Source: Patescibacteria group bacterium
GTDB lineage: Bacteria; Patescibacteriota; Minisyncoccia; Phycocordibacterales; Phycocordibacteraceae
Direction of reading: 5' to 3'
Assembly (NCBI GenBank): GCA_018971045.1
Contig: JAGWVF010000005.1
Coordinates: 10,764 to 74,763 of the forward strand
Length of the DNA: 64,000 nt
Shown one piece after another: positions 1 through 9,544 of this stretch. The notes below the pieces were generated by a model. That model made no database searches. It saw only the letters and a list, made by a program, of their open reading frames with translations, and was not told where the DNA came from. A program made the translations under genes and the position numbers. Every line of letters begins with the position of its first letter. The stretch's first letter is position 1.

Positions 1-823
1 CACGAGCCGCCAGATTCGCGAGCGCCTCGAGCGCGAACTCGAAGTGAATGTCGGATTGAAAGTCAATTTTGATAAGAGCGAGGTCTTTCACGTCTCCGGA
101 CGCGGCGAGCTGCATATCGCGGTCTTGCTCGAAAATATGCGCCGCGAGGGTTACGAACTCCAGGTCTCACAGCCGCACGTGATTACGCGCGAAGAAAACG
201 GCGTGAAGCTTGAACCGTTCGAGGAGGTGATCATTGATTCTCCTTCGGAATTTCAGGGCGCCGTTATTGAGAAGCTTGGACAGCGCGCATTCGTGCTCCA
301 GAACGTGGAACAGGAGGGCGATCACGTTCGGCTCACGCTTCACGGTCCGACGCGCGGACTTCTGGGTTACAAGAGCTCGTTCATTATCGACACCAAGGGC
401 GAGGGTATTCTTTCATCACGTTTTATCGGCTTCGAGCCGTATGCGGGCGAGATCAAAAAAAGGCAGGTCGGCTCGATGATCTCGATGGCGAACGGAAAGG
501 CGCTCGGCTTCTCGCTCTGGAATCTCCAGGATCGCGGCCAGCTCTATATCACGCCCGCGACCGAGATTTACGAAGGGATGGTGGTGGGGAATACGTCGAA
601 AGGCGAAGAGATGATGGTGAATCCGACAAAAGGGAAACAGCTTTCCAACATGCGCGCCTCCGGCTCGGACGAAGCGATTTACCTCACGCCGGCGTACGAG
701 CTCACGATTGAACGCGGGCTCGAGATCATGGCTGACGACGAGTATCTCGAGATTACGCCCGCATCAGTACGCCTTCGCAAACAGCATCTCACCGAGAACG
801 AACGCGCCAAGGCGCGCCGCTGA
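1..823 (+). CDS. typA: GTP-binding protein TypA/BipA, C-terminal portion (5' end outside window)
   Basis: The reading frame is open from the window edge (frame 2). The translation matches the BipA C-terminal domains (…GELHIAVLLENMRREGYELQVSQP… through …TENERAKARR). Confidence 0.8.
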   Translation, partial: TSRQIRERLERELEVNVGLKVNFDKSEVFHVSGRGELHIAVLLENMRREGYELQVSQPHVITREENGVKLEPFEEVIIDSPSEFQGAVIEKLGQRAFVLQNVEQEGDHVRLTLHGPTRGLLGYKSSFIIDTKGEGILSSRFIGFEPYAGEIKKRQVGSMISMANGKALGFSLWNLQDRGQLYITPATEIYEGMVVGNTSKGEEMMVNPTKGKQLSNMRASGSDEAIYLTPAYELTIERGLEIMADDEYLEITPASVRLRKQHLTENERAKARR

Positions 824-834
824 CTGCTATACTT

Positions 835-1158
835 TTGGAGCCGATGAAATCGTTTCGTTACTACTTCTTTCTCGTTCTCCATATCGTCCTCTTAATTGCG
901 TGGTATACGTCGCCTTTCTACCTTGACTGGCGGATCGTCATCCTCACCGTCGTTCTGTACCATTTCCAGCTCTACTATGCGAAAGGGTGTCTCATCACCC
1001 AGGGGCAGTTCGGGAAGCAGAACGAGGGATTCTATTACCATTACCTTACCAAGTTCGGATTTCATCCCGATAAAAAAAAGCTCTCCTTCGTGCTTGATTA
1101 TATTATTCCGGGCATGATGATTGTACTCGCGATTACGCTTCAGGTGGTACTGAAGTAG
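835..1158 (+). CDS. hypothetical small membrane protein
   Basis: 107-aa ORF with hydrophobic segments. It starts 12 nt after the typA stop. Confidence 0.45.
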   Translation: MEPMKSFRYYFFLVLHIVLLIAWYTSPFYLDWRIVILTVVLYHFQLYYAKGCLITQGQFGKQNEGFYYHYLTKFGFHPDKKKLSFVLDYIIPGMMIVLAITLQVVLK

Positions 1159-1708
1159 GCGCTGAAAAAAAGGGCTGCAACAAAGGCGGCATGCTCCAGC
1201 GGGAGAGCGGGAGCGCCCGCGCGATCGCCGGAGCATTGACGGCAGCGTACTGTTTCTCTTCCCCGATCTTCTTAAAGCCGAGCAGAGAGTAAAACCGGTC
1301 ATGTTTCGGATTGATTGAGATGCAGAGGTAATCCACGCCCAATTGTCTGGCGTACGTCAGTACGGCGGCGAAGAGAGGGGCCGCGGCAAAGGGGGAATGA
1401 CGCTCGTTTCGATCGACGGCGAACTGAACGACCTCGGCGAGCGTCTTCCCGCTCGCGCGCCACGGAGCGAGCTCGCGAGCGTAGAGGCTGTCCATCGGGA
1501 GCCCTTCCGTATCGGGCACGATTGAGAGGGTGCCGATCAGTGTTTCGTTACGAAACAGACCAAAGGTCCGCGCGCCTGGAGCGTCCAGATATTTTGAGAT
1601 CGAGTCCGTAACGCGGTACCCTTCGGCCTCGTACGCGCGCCGCACCAGATCCATCGCCGCGCGCCGCTCCCCGTCCGTCGAGAGTTGACGGCAGGGGGTC
1701 GAGGTCAT
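1133..1708 (-). CDS. GNAT-fold N-acyltransferase, OlsB / FeeM N-acyl amino acid synthase-like
   Basis: 191 aa, last gene of a four-gene overlapping operon with ACP, PPTase and a PlsC-like acyltransferase. The fold call is by pattern recognition only. Confidence 0.55.
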   Translation of the reverse strand: MTSTPCRQLSTDGERRAAMDLVRRAYEAEGYRVTDSISKYLDAPGARTFGLFRNETLIGTLSIVPDTEGLPMDSLYARELAPWRASGKTLAEVVQFAVDRNERHSPFAAAPLFAAVLTYARQLGVDYLCISINPKHDRFYSLLGFKKIGEEKQYAAVNAPAIARALPLSRWSMPPLLQPFFSAPTSVPPEA

Positions 1709-1968
1709 TGCGGAACTCTCGCCGCCGCGGTGGTGTCAGCCGCGGGGAGCGAGTGAATATAGGATAAAATATCTCCCACCGTCTCCACGCGGGCAATCTC
1801 GTCATAGGTTACGCGGCGCCCGGTCATTTGCTCAAACGCGACGAGAAGCTCGAAGAGCGCGATAGAGTCTTTCGCCAGGTCAACGAGCTTCTTTTCCGCG
1901 GTAACCTCGGCTCGAGGCACGTCGAGAGTCTTCGATACAATGCCGATGACTACGTCAGTGAGTTCCAT
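1705..1968 (-). CDS. acyl carrier protein
   Basis: 87 aa with the phosphopantetheine-attachment motif DSIALFELLVAFEQ. It overlaps both neighbours by 4 nt. Confidence 0.7.
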   Translation of the reverse strand: MELTDVVIGIVSKTLDVPRAEVTAEKKLVDLAKDSIALFELLVAFEQMTGRRVTYDEIARVETVGDILSYIHSLPAADTTAAARVPQ

Positions 1969-1971
1969 ACG

Positions 1972-2550
1972 TCAGGATAGAGTGTACCGTCCAAAAGGAG
2001 GCAAGGCAATCGCCGCCATCCAGTGCGTCGAACCAACGCGCGCGGCATAGACGGTCGCCGGCAGACGGTAGCCATGGATACAGATCGCCGATGAACCGGA
2101 CAGGATAGGAGTCAGATCAACTCGAGCCGGGTGTGTCCGTAAGCCGGTACCGATCGCTTTTATCACGGCCTCCTTCATTGACCAGAGGAGTGTGCGCCAT
2201 ATATCGCGAGATTCGAGAGAGTGCGCCTTGATCCAGTTCAGCTCGGATGGGGTGAGGAAGACATTCTCGATGCGCGGAGAGAATGACCTGATGCGCTCAA
2301 CGTCAACGCCGAGAAGACGAGACTTTGTACTCGCGAATGCGAGCGCGTACGGGTACGCATGCGAGATGGAGAGCGCGATCGGGCGCGCGCAGTCCCGTCT
2401 CACGCCGTATGGTTTTCCCGTCGTCTCGCGCTTAATCTCGACAAGGGGAGACGCGGCCGCATGCTGCAGAGCACGCCGCGCCGCCCTCCTTCCGGCGATC
2501 CTGAGCGCTTCTCTCGAGTCTTCAGTGCAGGTCGTGAGGGAGAGAATCAT
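1972..2550 (-). CDS. 4'-phosphopantetheinyl transferase (Sfp/EntD type)
   Basis: Motifs GKPY, SISHA and W-S-M-K-E-A-V-I-K-A are typical of PPTases. Confidence 0.7.
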   Translation of the reverse strand: MILSLTTCTEDSREALRIAGRRAARRALQHAAASPLVEIKRETTGKPYGVRRDCARPIALSISHAYPYALAFASTKSRLLGVDVERIRSFSPRIENVFLTPSELNWIKAHSLESRDIWRTLLWSMKEAVIKAIGTGLRTHPARVDLTPILSGSSAICIHGYRLPATVYAARVGSTHWMAAIALPPFGRYTLS

Positions 2551-3191
2551 TCTGCGAGCGGGCTGAAGAAGGTGCTCATATACTGAAGTTTTGTTTCAGC
2601 AGTGCCGCGTATGATCGGACTATAGTGTATGCGCGCGTCCGTTACGGTCTTCGGATGGATAAAGGAGTCGGTCGTGAATCCCGACAGCCGAACAAACAAT
2701 GTGGGGTAGTCGTGAGCGAAGAGCATCTTAAATCCATTGTGGAACTCTTCAGTTATCACGCCCCCCTCGACGATGCGGCCCTCAGGGAAGAGCAGTACCG
2801 TGCGCTGTTTATCGAGCAGTCCTCGGGTAAAGAGAAGTTTTTTCGCCCGTTCCATCTTGGTCTTGCCGATATCGTAGGCGCCGATGAGCCGCATCGCCCG
2901 ACCGAGGACGGGGCGGCGGGCGTAATCGGGCGTTACCGGGTAGCGCATCGGCACGGCCGTGAGCCAGTTCTGGTGTCCGAGATTATACGTAACGAGGAAA
3001 GGATCGAGCATGCTGCGATGGTTCGCGAGAACCAGCGTCCCCGGAGGGACATAGAGATCGCGAGGAATCGAGACCGTAAGGCCGATGCGGCGGGAGAGCC
3101 ACCAGTCGACCGGACAGGTCGCTATCTGCGTCGTGATGAAAAAACTGTCAAGGGCGACAGTGCCGAGACTTCTTCCGAGCTTGGCAAGCAT
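2547..3191 (-). CDS. lysophospholipid acyltransferase (PlsC/OlsA family)
   Basis: HxxxxD motif (NHRSMLD) and the FPEGR motif of glycerol-3-phosphate/lyso-lipid acyltransferases. Confidence 0.7.
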   Translation of the reverse strand: MLAKLGRSLGTVALDSFFITTQIATCPVDWWLSRRIGLTVSIPRDLYVPPGTLVLANHRSMLDPFLVTYNLGHQNWLTAVPMRYPVTPDYARRPVLGRAMRLIGAYDIGKTKMERAKKLLFTRGLLDKQRTVLLFPEGRIVEGGVITEEFHNGFKMLFAHDYPTLFVRLSGFTTDSFIHPKTVTDARIHYSPIIRGTAETKLQYMSTFFSPLAE

Positions 3192-3203
3192 ATTGGGTAC
3201 CTT

Positions 3204-4070
3204 CTAGCGTACCATGCGCGCAAGGTACCATTTCTTGATCCTCTGGATAATGTTGCGGTTTCCGCCTCGAAGGCGCGTACGGCGGAATTTACGCACAAAG
3301 GGGTCAAATTGCCACGAAACAGGGGCTGATTCGTAAGGAAGGCCGATAATGACTTTATACGCTTCGCACCCTATAAGAGCGGCGCAAGCAAGAGTTCCTA
3401 CGACGGTTGATGGCGCACGATGTCCAGTGAGATCAATGCCTTTCGGCGGGAAGTACGGATATTGAAGAAGCCGCGGAGCGACTCCGATGGCGAATCTTAT
3501 GAGTTGCTCCTGCTCTGATAAACCGTCTTTCAGATCGAAGTATTCATCGAAGCTCATTCCAGTCGGACTGAAGTTTGTCATTGAGGACCCGAATCCGACA
3601 GGCGCGGCGTTCAGCACGGGGATTCCGCGGCTACGGCATTCCCGGTACAGGAGCCGATGAATTAAAGGAGAAAAGAAATCAATGCCGTCGCAGGCGAGCG
3701 CGCAGTTTTGTAGAAATTTCTCGGCATTTTCAGGCGTGAGCGCCGAAAAGACGCGCACCTCGGCTGTCGGGTTGATGTCTTTGATCATTCGCTCCATCAC
3801 GGCCGCTTTACTCGCGCCCATCGTGCTTGTCGTCGCGCCCTGTTGGCGGTTGGTGTTCGCGACCTCAAAGGCGTCAGGGTCGGCAATCGAGAAATGCCCG
3901 ATGCCAAGCCGGGCGAGAGTGGTCGCGTAGATGCCCCCCACGCCTCCGAGTCCTGCGATAGCGACGCGGGCATTGCGGAGCTTTTCTTGGCGGTCTCGAG
4001 AAATAAGGTCGAAATTCCGATCAAACGCGCGATCGTATATCCATTCGGAAGATGATCCCACCTCGTTCAT
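3204..4070 (-). CDS. ThiF/MoeB/E1-like adenylyltransferase
   Basis: Rossmann motif VAIAGLGGVGG. Start chosen at MNEVG (4070) because the longer ORF would overlap the divergent nitroreductase gene. It lies 12 nt upstream of the acyltransferase. Confidence 0.65.
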   Translation of the reverse strand: MNEVGSSSEWIYDRAFDRNFDLISRDRQEKLRNARVAIAGLGGVGGIYATTLARLGIGHFSIADPDAFEVANTNRQQGATTSTMGASKAAVMERMIKDINPTAEVRVFSALTPENAEKFLQNCALACDGIDFFSPLIHRLLYRECRSRGIPVLNAAPVGFGSSMTNFSPTGMSFDEYFDLKDGLSEQEQLIRFAIGVAPRLLQYPYFPPKGIDLTGHRAPSTVVGTLACAALIGCEAYKVIIGLPYESAPVSWQFDPFVRKFRRTRLRGGNRNIIQRIKKWYLARMVR

Positions 4071-4130
4071 TACTGGATAGTATACCCGATTGTGGCCGCG
4101 TCGAGTGCAACTTCGTGTATAATAGCGGCA

Positions 4131-5219
4131 ATGAATGACGATCTCCGTTTTATCCTTGGAGAAGCGATCAAAGCTCCGTCGGGCGATAATAATCAGCCGT
4201 GGCGTTGGAAAGTGCAGGGGACCGTGTTGCACCTATGGGACGAATCTCCGGATGACCCTGTTTCGGCTCTCTACGGCGGGACGCATGAGCGGCGCCACTC
4301 CTCGCTGATTGTCTTTGGAGCCGCTATCGAGAATGTCGTACTGGCCGCAACCACGCGCGGCTATCGATCCGAGGTTCAGTATTTCCCCGACCCGGAGAAG
4401 CCGGATTTCATTGCTTCGATAACGTTGACAAGCGACCGAGAAGTGAATCCCGATCCGTTGGCGGCGGGCATCTCTCTTCGGACGACGAATCGCCGATCCT
4501 ATCGGCGTACCCCGCTTACTTCTCGCGAGCGGAGCGAGTTGACCCAAGCAGCCGGCGAAAGGGGATCGGTCGTGTTCATCGACGCGCCGAAGGATCTCGA
4601 CGCGCTTGCCGCTGACGCGGCAATCAATAATGAATATATTTTCTCGGTGAAAGCCGTTCATGATTATATGTTCTCGAAAATCACGTGGACCAAGGCTGAA
4701 GACAATCGCATGCGAACCGGCTTTTATTTCCCCACGCTCGCCGCTCCGCCGTTTTCGTGGGGAGCGATGCAGCTCCTCAGCCACTGGCCGCTGATGCGGG
4801 TCGGAGCGGCCATCGGCCTTCATCGCCTCATCGCTCTTGAACAACGATGGGTGTATCGGCAAGCCGGAAATTTCGGTCTCGTGACGGCCTCCGGGAACGA
4901 ACCCGAAGATTTGGTTCGTTGCGGCCGAAGCGTCGAACGCTTATGGATTATGGCGGCGCTGAACGGGCTCAGTCTCCAGCCTCTGAATGGAACGCTCCTC
5001 TTCGCCGAGAATGCGGATACTCCCGAAGGGATCGCTCTGCTGACGCCCGCCGAACGAAAACGGCTCAAGGCCGCACGGATTGATATTGCCCGCCGTTTCG
5101 GAGTTTCTCCGGACGCCATGGCCTTCCTGTTTCGGATCGGACGAGCGAAGCCGCCATCGGCGCGCACCTCGCGCCTGCCTCTTGAGAGCCGGGCGACGAT
5201 ACTGTCGAGAGAACCATAA
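4131..5219 (+). CDS. nitroreductase-family FMN oxidoreductase
   Basis: Nitroreductase signature SGDNNQPWRW. Start set at MNDDLRF, preceded by TATAAT at 4119-4124. An alternative ATG is at 4092. Confidence 0.65.
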   Translation: MNDDLRFILGEAIKAPSGDNNQPWRWKVQGTVLHLWDESPDDPVSALYGGTHERRHSSLIVFGAAIENVVLAATTRGYRSEVQYFPDPEKPDFIASITLTSDREVNPDPLAAGISLRTTNRRSYRRTPLTSRERSELTQAAGERGSVVFIDAPKDLDALAADAAINNEYIFSVKAVHDYMFSKITWTKAEDNRMRTGFYFPTLAAPPFSWGAMQLLSHWPLMRVGAAIGLHRLIALEQRWVYRQAGNFGLVTASGNEPEDLVRCGRSVERLWIMAALNGLSLQPLNGTLLFAENADTPEGIALLTPAERKRLKAARIDIARRFGVSPDAMAFLFRIGRAKPPSARTSRLPLESRATILSREP

Positions 5220-5225
5220 TTTTCT

Positions 5226-6518
5226 ATGCCTGTTTCTTTCGATCCGGCAACCTATGCGCCGAGAACGCGCCGGCGATCGTCGCTTCGCGTCGGGCTTTTT
5301 CTCGCGTCTCGGCTCACGCGGGCCAATATCGGCACCAGTCTTCTTATCGTTCTAGTGATGGTGCTTACGTATCTCAATTTAATCATGGTGAGCGGCATCA
5401 TGGTCGGCATTGTCGAGGGCCTCAATCAGGAACGCCAGACGAATTACAGCGGAGACATCATGGTGAGCAAGCTGAGCCAATACGATTCGATTCAAAATTC
5501 GCCCGATATAGAATCGTATCTCCGTTCGCTCCCCGCCGTCGCGTCTCTGTCGCCGCGATACGTCGCGGCGGGGGTGCTTGAAGCGAACTATGCTGACAAG
5601 CTTCGACCGCAGGATCTCCCGGACTCGATCACCGCGAACATCGTCGGCATCGATCCGCCTCTTGAGGATGCCACCACGCACTTCTCGCATCTCATCGTTG
5701 CCGGACAGTATCTTCAGCCAAGCGACTACGATCAGGTACTGGTGGGCACGAGTCTCCTCGCCGAGTTCAAACAATTGACGGCCATTCCCGGAGAAAATCC
5801 GCTTCCAAACACAGGAGTCGGCAGTAAGATCCGCGTTCGTATCGGCAATATCGAACGGGAAATGACCATCAAGGGCATTGTGGGGAGTAAGATGGAAGAG
5901 ATCAATTTGCGGGCGTTTATCGTCGCTCCCGAGTTGCGTTCGATCCTGGGCCGCGTCGACAATGGAGTCAATGAAATAGCCGTTACGCTCGCGCCGGGTA
6001 CGAACGTCATACCGATTGAAAATCAACTCAAGCAATCGATCGTCGGCGCGAACGCGCTTGTGCAGAACGCCGCCGAATCGCGGCCGGTATTCTTTCAAGA
6101 TTTTTCCGTTACGTTCAATCAATTAGGATCGCTCCTCGGCGGAATCGGCTTGATCGTCGCGTGCATCGTGATGTTTATTATCGTGTTTATTAACATTGTG
6201 AATCGCCGGCGATCAATCGGGATCTTGCAGGCTATCGGCATTCGCTCCCTCGGTATCGAGCTGGCCTATATCGCGCAGGCCGTCCTGTACACTCTCGCGG
6301 GATCCATGCTCGGCGTGATCCTCGTGTTCGGTTTTCTCCAGCCCTATTTCCTTAATCATCCGCTTGATTTCCCGTTCAGCAACGGCGTTCTCTCCGTTAC
6401 GCTCGCGGGTGCCGCGGCGCGGATAGTCATTCTCGCGGCCGCCATCATGATCGCCAGCTATGTGCCGGCGCGGCTCATCATGCGTCAAGAAATTGTCGAT
6501 GCGATCTTAGGTCGCTGA
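5226..6518 (+). CDS. ABC transporter permease (FtsX/MacB-like)
   Basis: 430 aa with four hydrophobic helices and a large periplasmic loop, followed directly by the ATPase gene. Confidence 0.7.
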   Translation: MPVSFDPATYAPRTRRRSSLRVGLFLASRLTRANIGTSLLIVLVMVLTYLNLIMVSGIMVGIVEGLNQERQTNYSGDIMVSKLSQYDSIQNSPDIESYLRSLPAVASLSPRYVAAGVLEANYADKLRPQDLPDSITANIVGIDPPLEDATTHFSHLIVAGQYLQPSDYDQVLVGTSLLAEFKQLTAIPGENPLPNTGVGSKIRVRIGNIEREMTIKGIVGSKMEEINLRAFIVAPELRSILGRVDNGVNEIAVTLAPGTNVIPIENQLKQSIVGANALVQNAAESRPVFFQDFSVTFNQLGSLLGGIGLIVACIVMFIIVFINIVNRRRSIGILQAIGIRSLGIELAYIAQAVLYTLAGSMLGVILVFGFLQPYFLNHPLDFPFSNGVLSVTLAGAAARIVILAAAIMIASYVPARLIMRQEIVDAILGR

Positions 6519-6523
6519 CGCCT

Positions 6524-7252
6524 ATGCTCGAAGCCCGCAATCTTAAAAAGCAGTTTCTTTCAGGAGAAGAATCGTTTGTTCTTTATGAACGGCTCGATCT
6601 CACCGTGAGAGAGGGCGAATTCGTCATTCTCACCGGCCGCTCGGGGAGCGGGAAGTCAACGCTCCTCTATCAGCTCGGGCTTCTCGATACGCCGGCCGAG
6701 GGTGATGTAATAGTCGACGGGGCGTACACGCGCGGGCTCTCGCGTACGGCGCGTACGGATCTTCGTCTCGATCATTTCGGCTACGTGTTCCAAGACTATG
6801 GTCTTATGCCGGAGCTCTCGGCGCTTGATAACGTACTCCTTACCTTTGTCATGCGCGGCGAACCCATGGCGGCGGCGCGCGAGAAAGCGACCGCCGCGCT
6901 CGATCGGGTAGGTCTTGCGGATCGCCTATCGTCCAAGCCTTCGCAATTGTCCGGCGGCCAGCAGCAGCGGGTATCGATCGCCCGAGCCATCGCCCACGCG
7001 CCTCGGTACGTGCTCGCCGACGAACCGACGGCGAATCTCGACAGCGCCAGCGCGAAACGCGTACTCGACTTATTCGGCGATATCCATCGAACGGGATCAA
7101 TCGTCATTATGGTTACGCATGAACTCGAGTCGTTGCGTCTCGCCGATCATGTCTATGAACTTCATGACGGAGTTTTGCGCGAGATGACCCGCGACGGACA
7201 ATCCCCGAACGAGAAGCCGACGGGCGTCAATCTCGACCCCCATAGTCTATAA
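6524..7252 (+). CDS. ABC transporter ATP-binding protein
   Basis: Walker A GRSGSGKST and ABC signature LSGGQQQR. Confidence 0.85.
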   Translation: MLEARNLKKQFLSGEESFVLYERLDLTVREGEFVILTGRSGSGKSTLLYQLGLLDTPAEGDVIVDGAYTRGLSRTARTDLRLDHFGYVFQDYGLMPELSALDNVLLTFVMRGEPMAAAREKATAALDRVGLADRLSSKPSQLSGGQQQRVSIARAIAHAPRYVLADEPTANLDSASAKRVLDLFGDIHRTGSIVIMVTHELESLRLADHVYELHDGVLREMTRDGQSPNEKPTGVNLDPHSL

Positions 7253-7262
7253 TGAGAAGCTA

Positions 7263-8810
7263 ATGAACCGTCTTGTTATCGCGGGCGTACTCGCAGTGAT
7301 CGTTCTTACGGGTGCGGCGGCGTATATGATTTCCGGACAGGGAAGCGAGTCGGCGCTCGCGAGTGTTCCGGTAACGTATCGAGATCTCACGGCGCGCGTG
7401 CGGATCTCGGGCACGACGGAAGCGCAGCGGTCGGTGGATCTCTCGTTTCGAAATGACGGCATCGTGGGGATCGTTCCGGTGGCCGTCGGCGATACGGTCG
7501 CGACCGGCACCCTGCTCGCGGCGCTTCAAAAGGCGATCTTGCAAGATCAGATTGACCAGGCTATGGCGGCGCTCCAAGCCCAAAAAGCCAACCTTCAGAA
7601 TCTCTTGAACGGCACGCGGCGGGACCAGGTGGCGATTACCCAAGCTCAGCTTGACAGCAGTCAGTCAGGGCTTAAAAGCGCGAATCAGGAGCTCTTGAGT
7701 TCGCTCCGAAACGCGCAGGGCACGGCCGATATCGCGGTACGCATGACGATCGATCAGTTTATTCAAAATCCTTCATTGGCGAGCTCAGTCCTCACGATTC
7801 CTGTCGTGAGCAGTGCTGTCGGGGCCTCAGTGCTCACCGAGCGTCAGCAAATTCAACCCGCGCTCGATACCTGGGCGTCCCGTCTCGCGAACCTTTCGGC
7901 GGCATCGGCCAATGATCTCGTTTCTGCGAGTCGAGACATGCACGCGTATCTCGACACGATCGCGGCGATTCTCGACGGCCTCACCCGCCTCCTCTCCTCC
8001 GGAAATTCTGAACAATTCGCCTCAAGCCAAACGGCCGTCGGCTCGGCGCGTTCCTCGATTATGTCCGTGCGGTCGGCGCTTACTTCGGCCGATCAGGGCG
8101 TCGCGAGCGCGCAGTCGGCCGTCGGCGTCGCTCAAAAACAACTGGCTCTCGATCAAGGCGGCTCGACCCAGTCCACGATTACGGCACAACGCGCCGCGGT
8201 GGCTTCGGCTCAGGCTCGGGTGAACGAGCTCGAAGACGCTCTCGGCGATCTGCGCATCCTCGCGCCCTTTAGCGGTACCGTCGCTTCTCTTACCGCGAAG
8301 GCGAGTGAAGCCGCGCGCGCGGGCATTCCGGAAGTCTCTCTCATCTCGAACGATCCGCTTAAAATCGAGGGATATGTTCCCGAATCGCATTACGCTGAAT
8401 TAGCGGTCGGACAATCCGCCTCGATTCGTTTCATCGCGTTTCCGAACGATACGTTTCAAGGGACGATCGGCCGCATCGATCCCGTTGCCGTCCTCCAGGA
8501 TCAAGTGCCGAACGTCAAGGTAACGATCTATCTCGCTTCTGCCGACGCCCGCTTGAAACCCGGACTCACCGCCACGGCGGATATTGTTACGGAACAGAAG
8601 CCCCACGCGCTCTCTGTCCCTCTCGCGGCGGTACAGGGTTTCGGCGCTTCGGCGACCGTCCTCAGAAAAGTCGCCGGCAAGGTCGAAAGCACGCCCGTAA
8701 CTCTCGGGATTCAGGACAATGACGGGTACGTCGAAATCGTATCCGGATTGTCCGAGCTCGATACGGTGCTCGTCAACGAGACGAGGCAGTACCGGATCGT
8801 GCCGAATTGA
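7263..8810 (+). CDS. HlyD-family periplasmic adaptor (membrane fusion protein)
   Basis: N-terminal TM, long Q/A-rich coiled coil, and a C-terminal beta-barrel region. Confidence 0.7.
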   Translation: MNRLVIAGVLAVIVLTGAAAYMISGQGSESALASVPVTYRDLTARVRISGTTEAQRSVDLSFRNDGIVGIVPVAVGDTVATGTLLAALQKAILQDQIDQAMAALQAQKANLQNLLNGTRRDQVAITQAQLDSSQSGLKSANQELLSSLRNAQGTADIAVRMTIDQFIQNPSLASSVLTIPVVSSAVGASVLTERQQIQPALDTWASRLANLSAASANDLVSASRDMHAYLDTIAAILDGLTRLLSSGNSEQFASSQTAVGSARSSIMSVRSALTSADQGVASAQSAVGVAQKQLALDQGGSTQSTITAQRAAVASAQARVNELEDALGDLRILAPFSGTVASLTAKASEAARAGIPEVSLISNDPLKIEGYVPESHYAELAVGQSASIRFIAFPNDTFQGTIGRIDPVAVLQDQVPNVKVTIYLASADARLKPGLTATADIVTEQKPHALSVPLAAVQGFGASATVLRKVAGKVESTPVTLGIQDNDGYVEIVSGLSELDTVLVNETRQYRIVPN

Positions 8811-8822
8811 CCCGGAAGCGCC

Positions 8823-9539
8823 ATGCCGATTCTGTGGATTCTCTTCTTTCTTCTCGCGAGCCTCGGGCTCGTTGAAACTTTCCGCTTATGGTGGTTCGTG
8901 AGCCGAGAAAAGCGCCCGCTCGAGAAATTCGAACGCCTCAATCCCGACGCCGCCGTTCATATCCTCTTTGTCGGCGACAGTACGGGGTGGGGGAATGGGA
9001 CAAGCGATCCGCGGTACTCGGTTCCGGGAAGAATCGCCGCCGATTTTCCCGCGGTTCATCTCGAGAATGAAAGCCGCGGAGGCCGGCGTTTGCGGCAGAT
9101 CGCATCGATTCTCGAGAACCGTTTGAAATCGCTCCCCGCGCCCGCTTTCGATCTGGTGGTCGTGATGGTCGGCGGCGCTGATGTGACGTACTTCACGCCC
9201 CTTTGGACCATTCCCGCTACGCTCCGCCGCGTGATCGCGCTCGCGCGCCGCTCTGGGCGAGAGGTGCTTGTCGTGAGCCCCTCGAATGCCGGGCTGGCTC
9301 CGCTCTACGCTTTTCCTCTCTCTTGGATCTATACGTGCCGCGCGCGAAAGATCAAGCGGTACTATGAGGCGGTATGCGAGGAAATGCGCGTTCCCCATAC
9401 GTCGCTCTTTGTCGAGGCGGACGATCCGGTCGTCCTCGGCGGACACTTTTCTCGAGACAAAACCCATCCGAATGACGAGGGATATCGGCTTTGGTATGAG
9501 CACTTGAAAAGCGATATCCGATCTCTCCTCAGTCGCTAG
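8823..9539 (+). CDS. SGNH/GDSL hydrolase
   Basis: GDSTGWG block and DKTHPNDEGY block. Confidence 0.7.
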   Translation: MPILWILFFLLASLGLVETFRLWWFVSREKRPLEKFERLNPDAAVHILFVGDSTGWGNGTSDPRYSVPGRIAADFPAVHLENESRGGRRLRQIASILENRLKSLPAPAFDLVVVMVGGADVTYFTPLWTIPATLRRVIALARRSGREVLVVSPSNAGLAPLYAFPLSWIYTCRARKIKRYYEAVCEEMRVPHTSLFVEADDPVVLGGHFSRDKTHPNDEGYRLWYEHLKSDIRSLLSR

Positions 9540-9544
9540 CTCTC

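Noticed and set aside
4233-4862. 209-aa ORF antisense within the nitroreductase gene
   Set aside because: Overlaps a gene with a clear nitroreductase signature; no features of its own.
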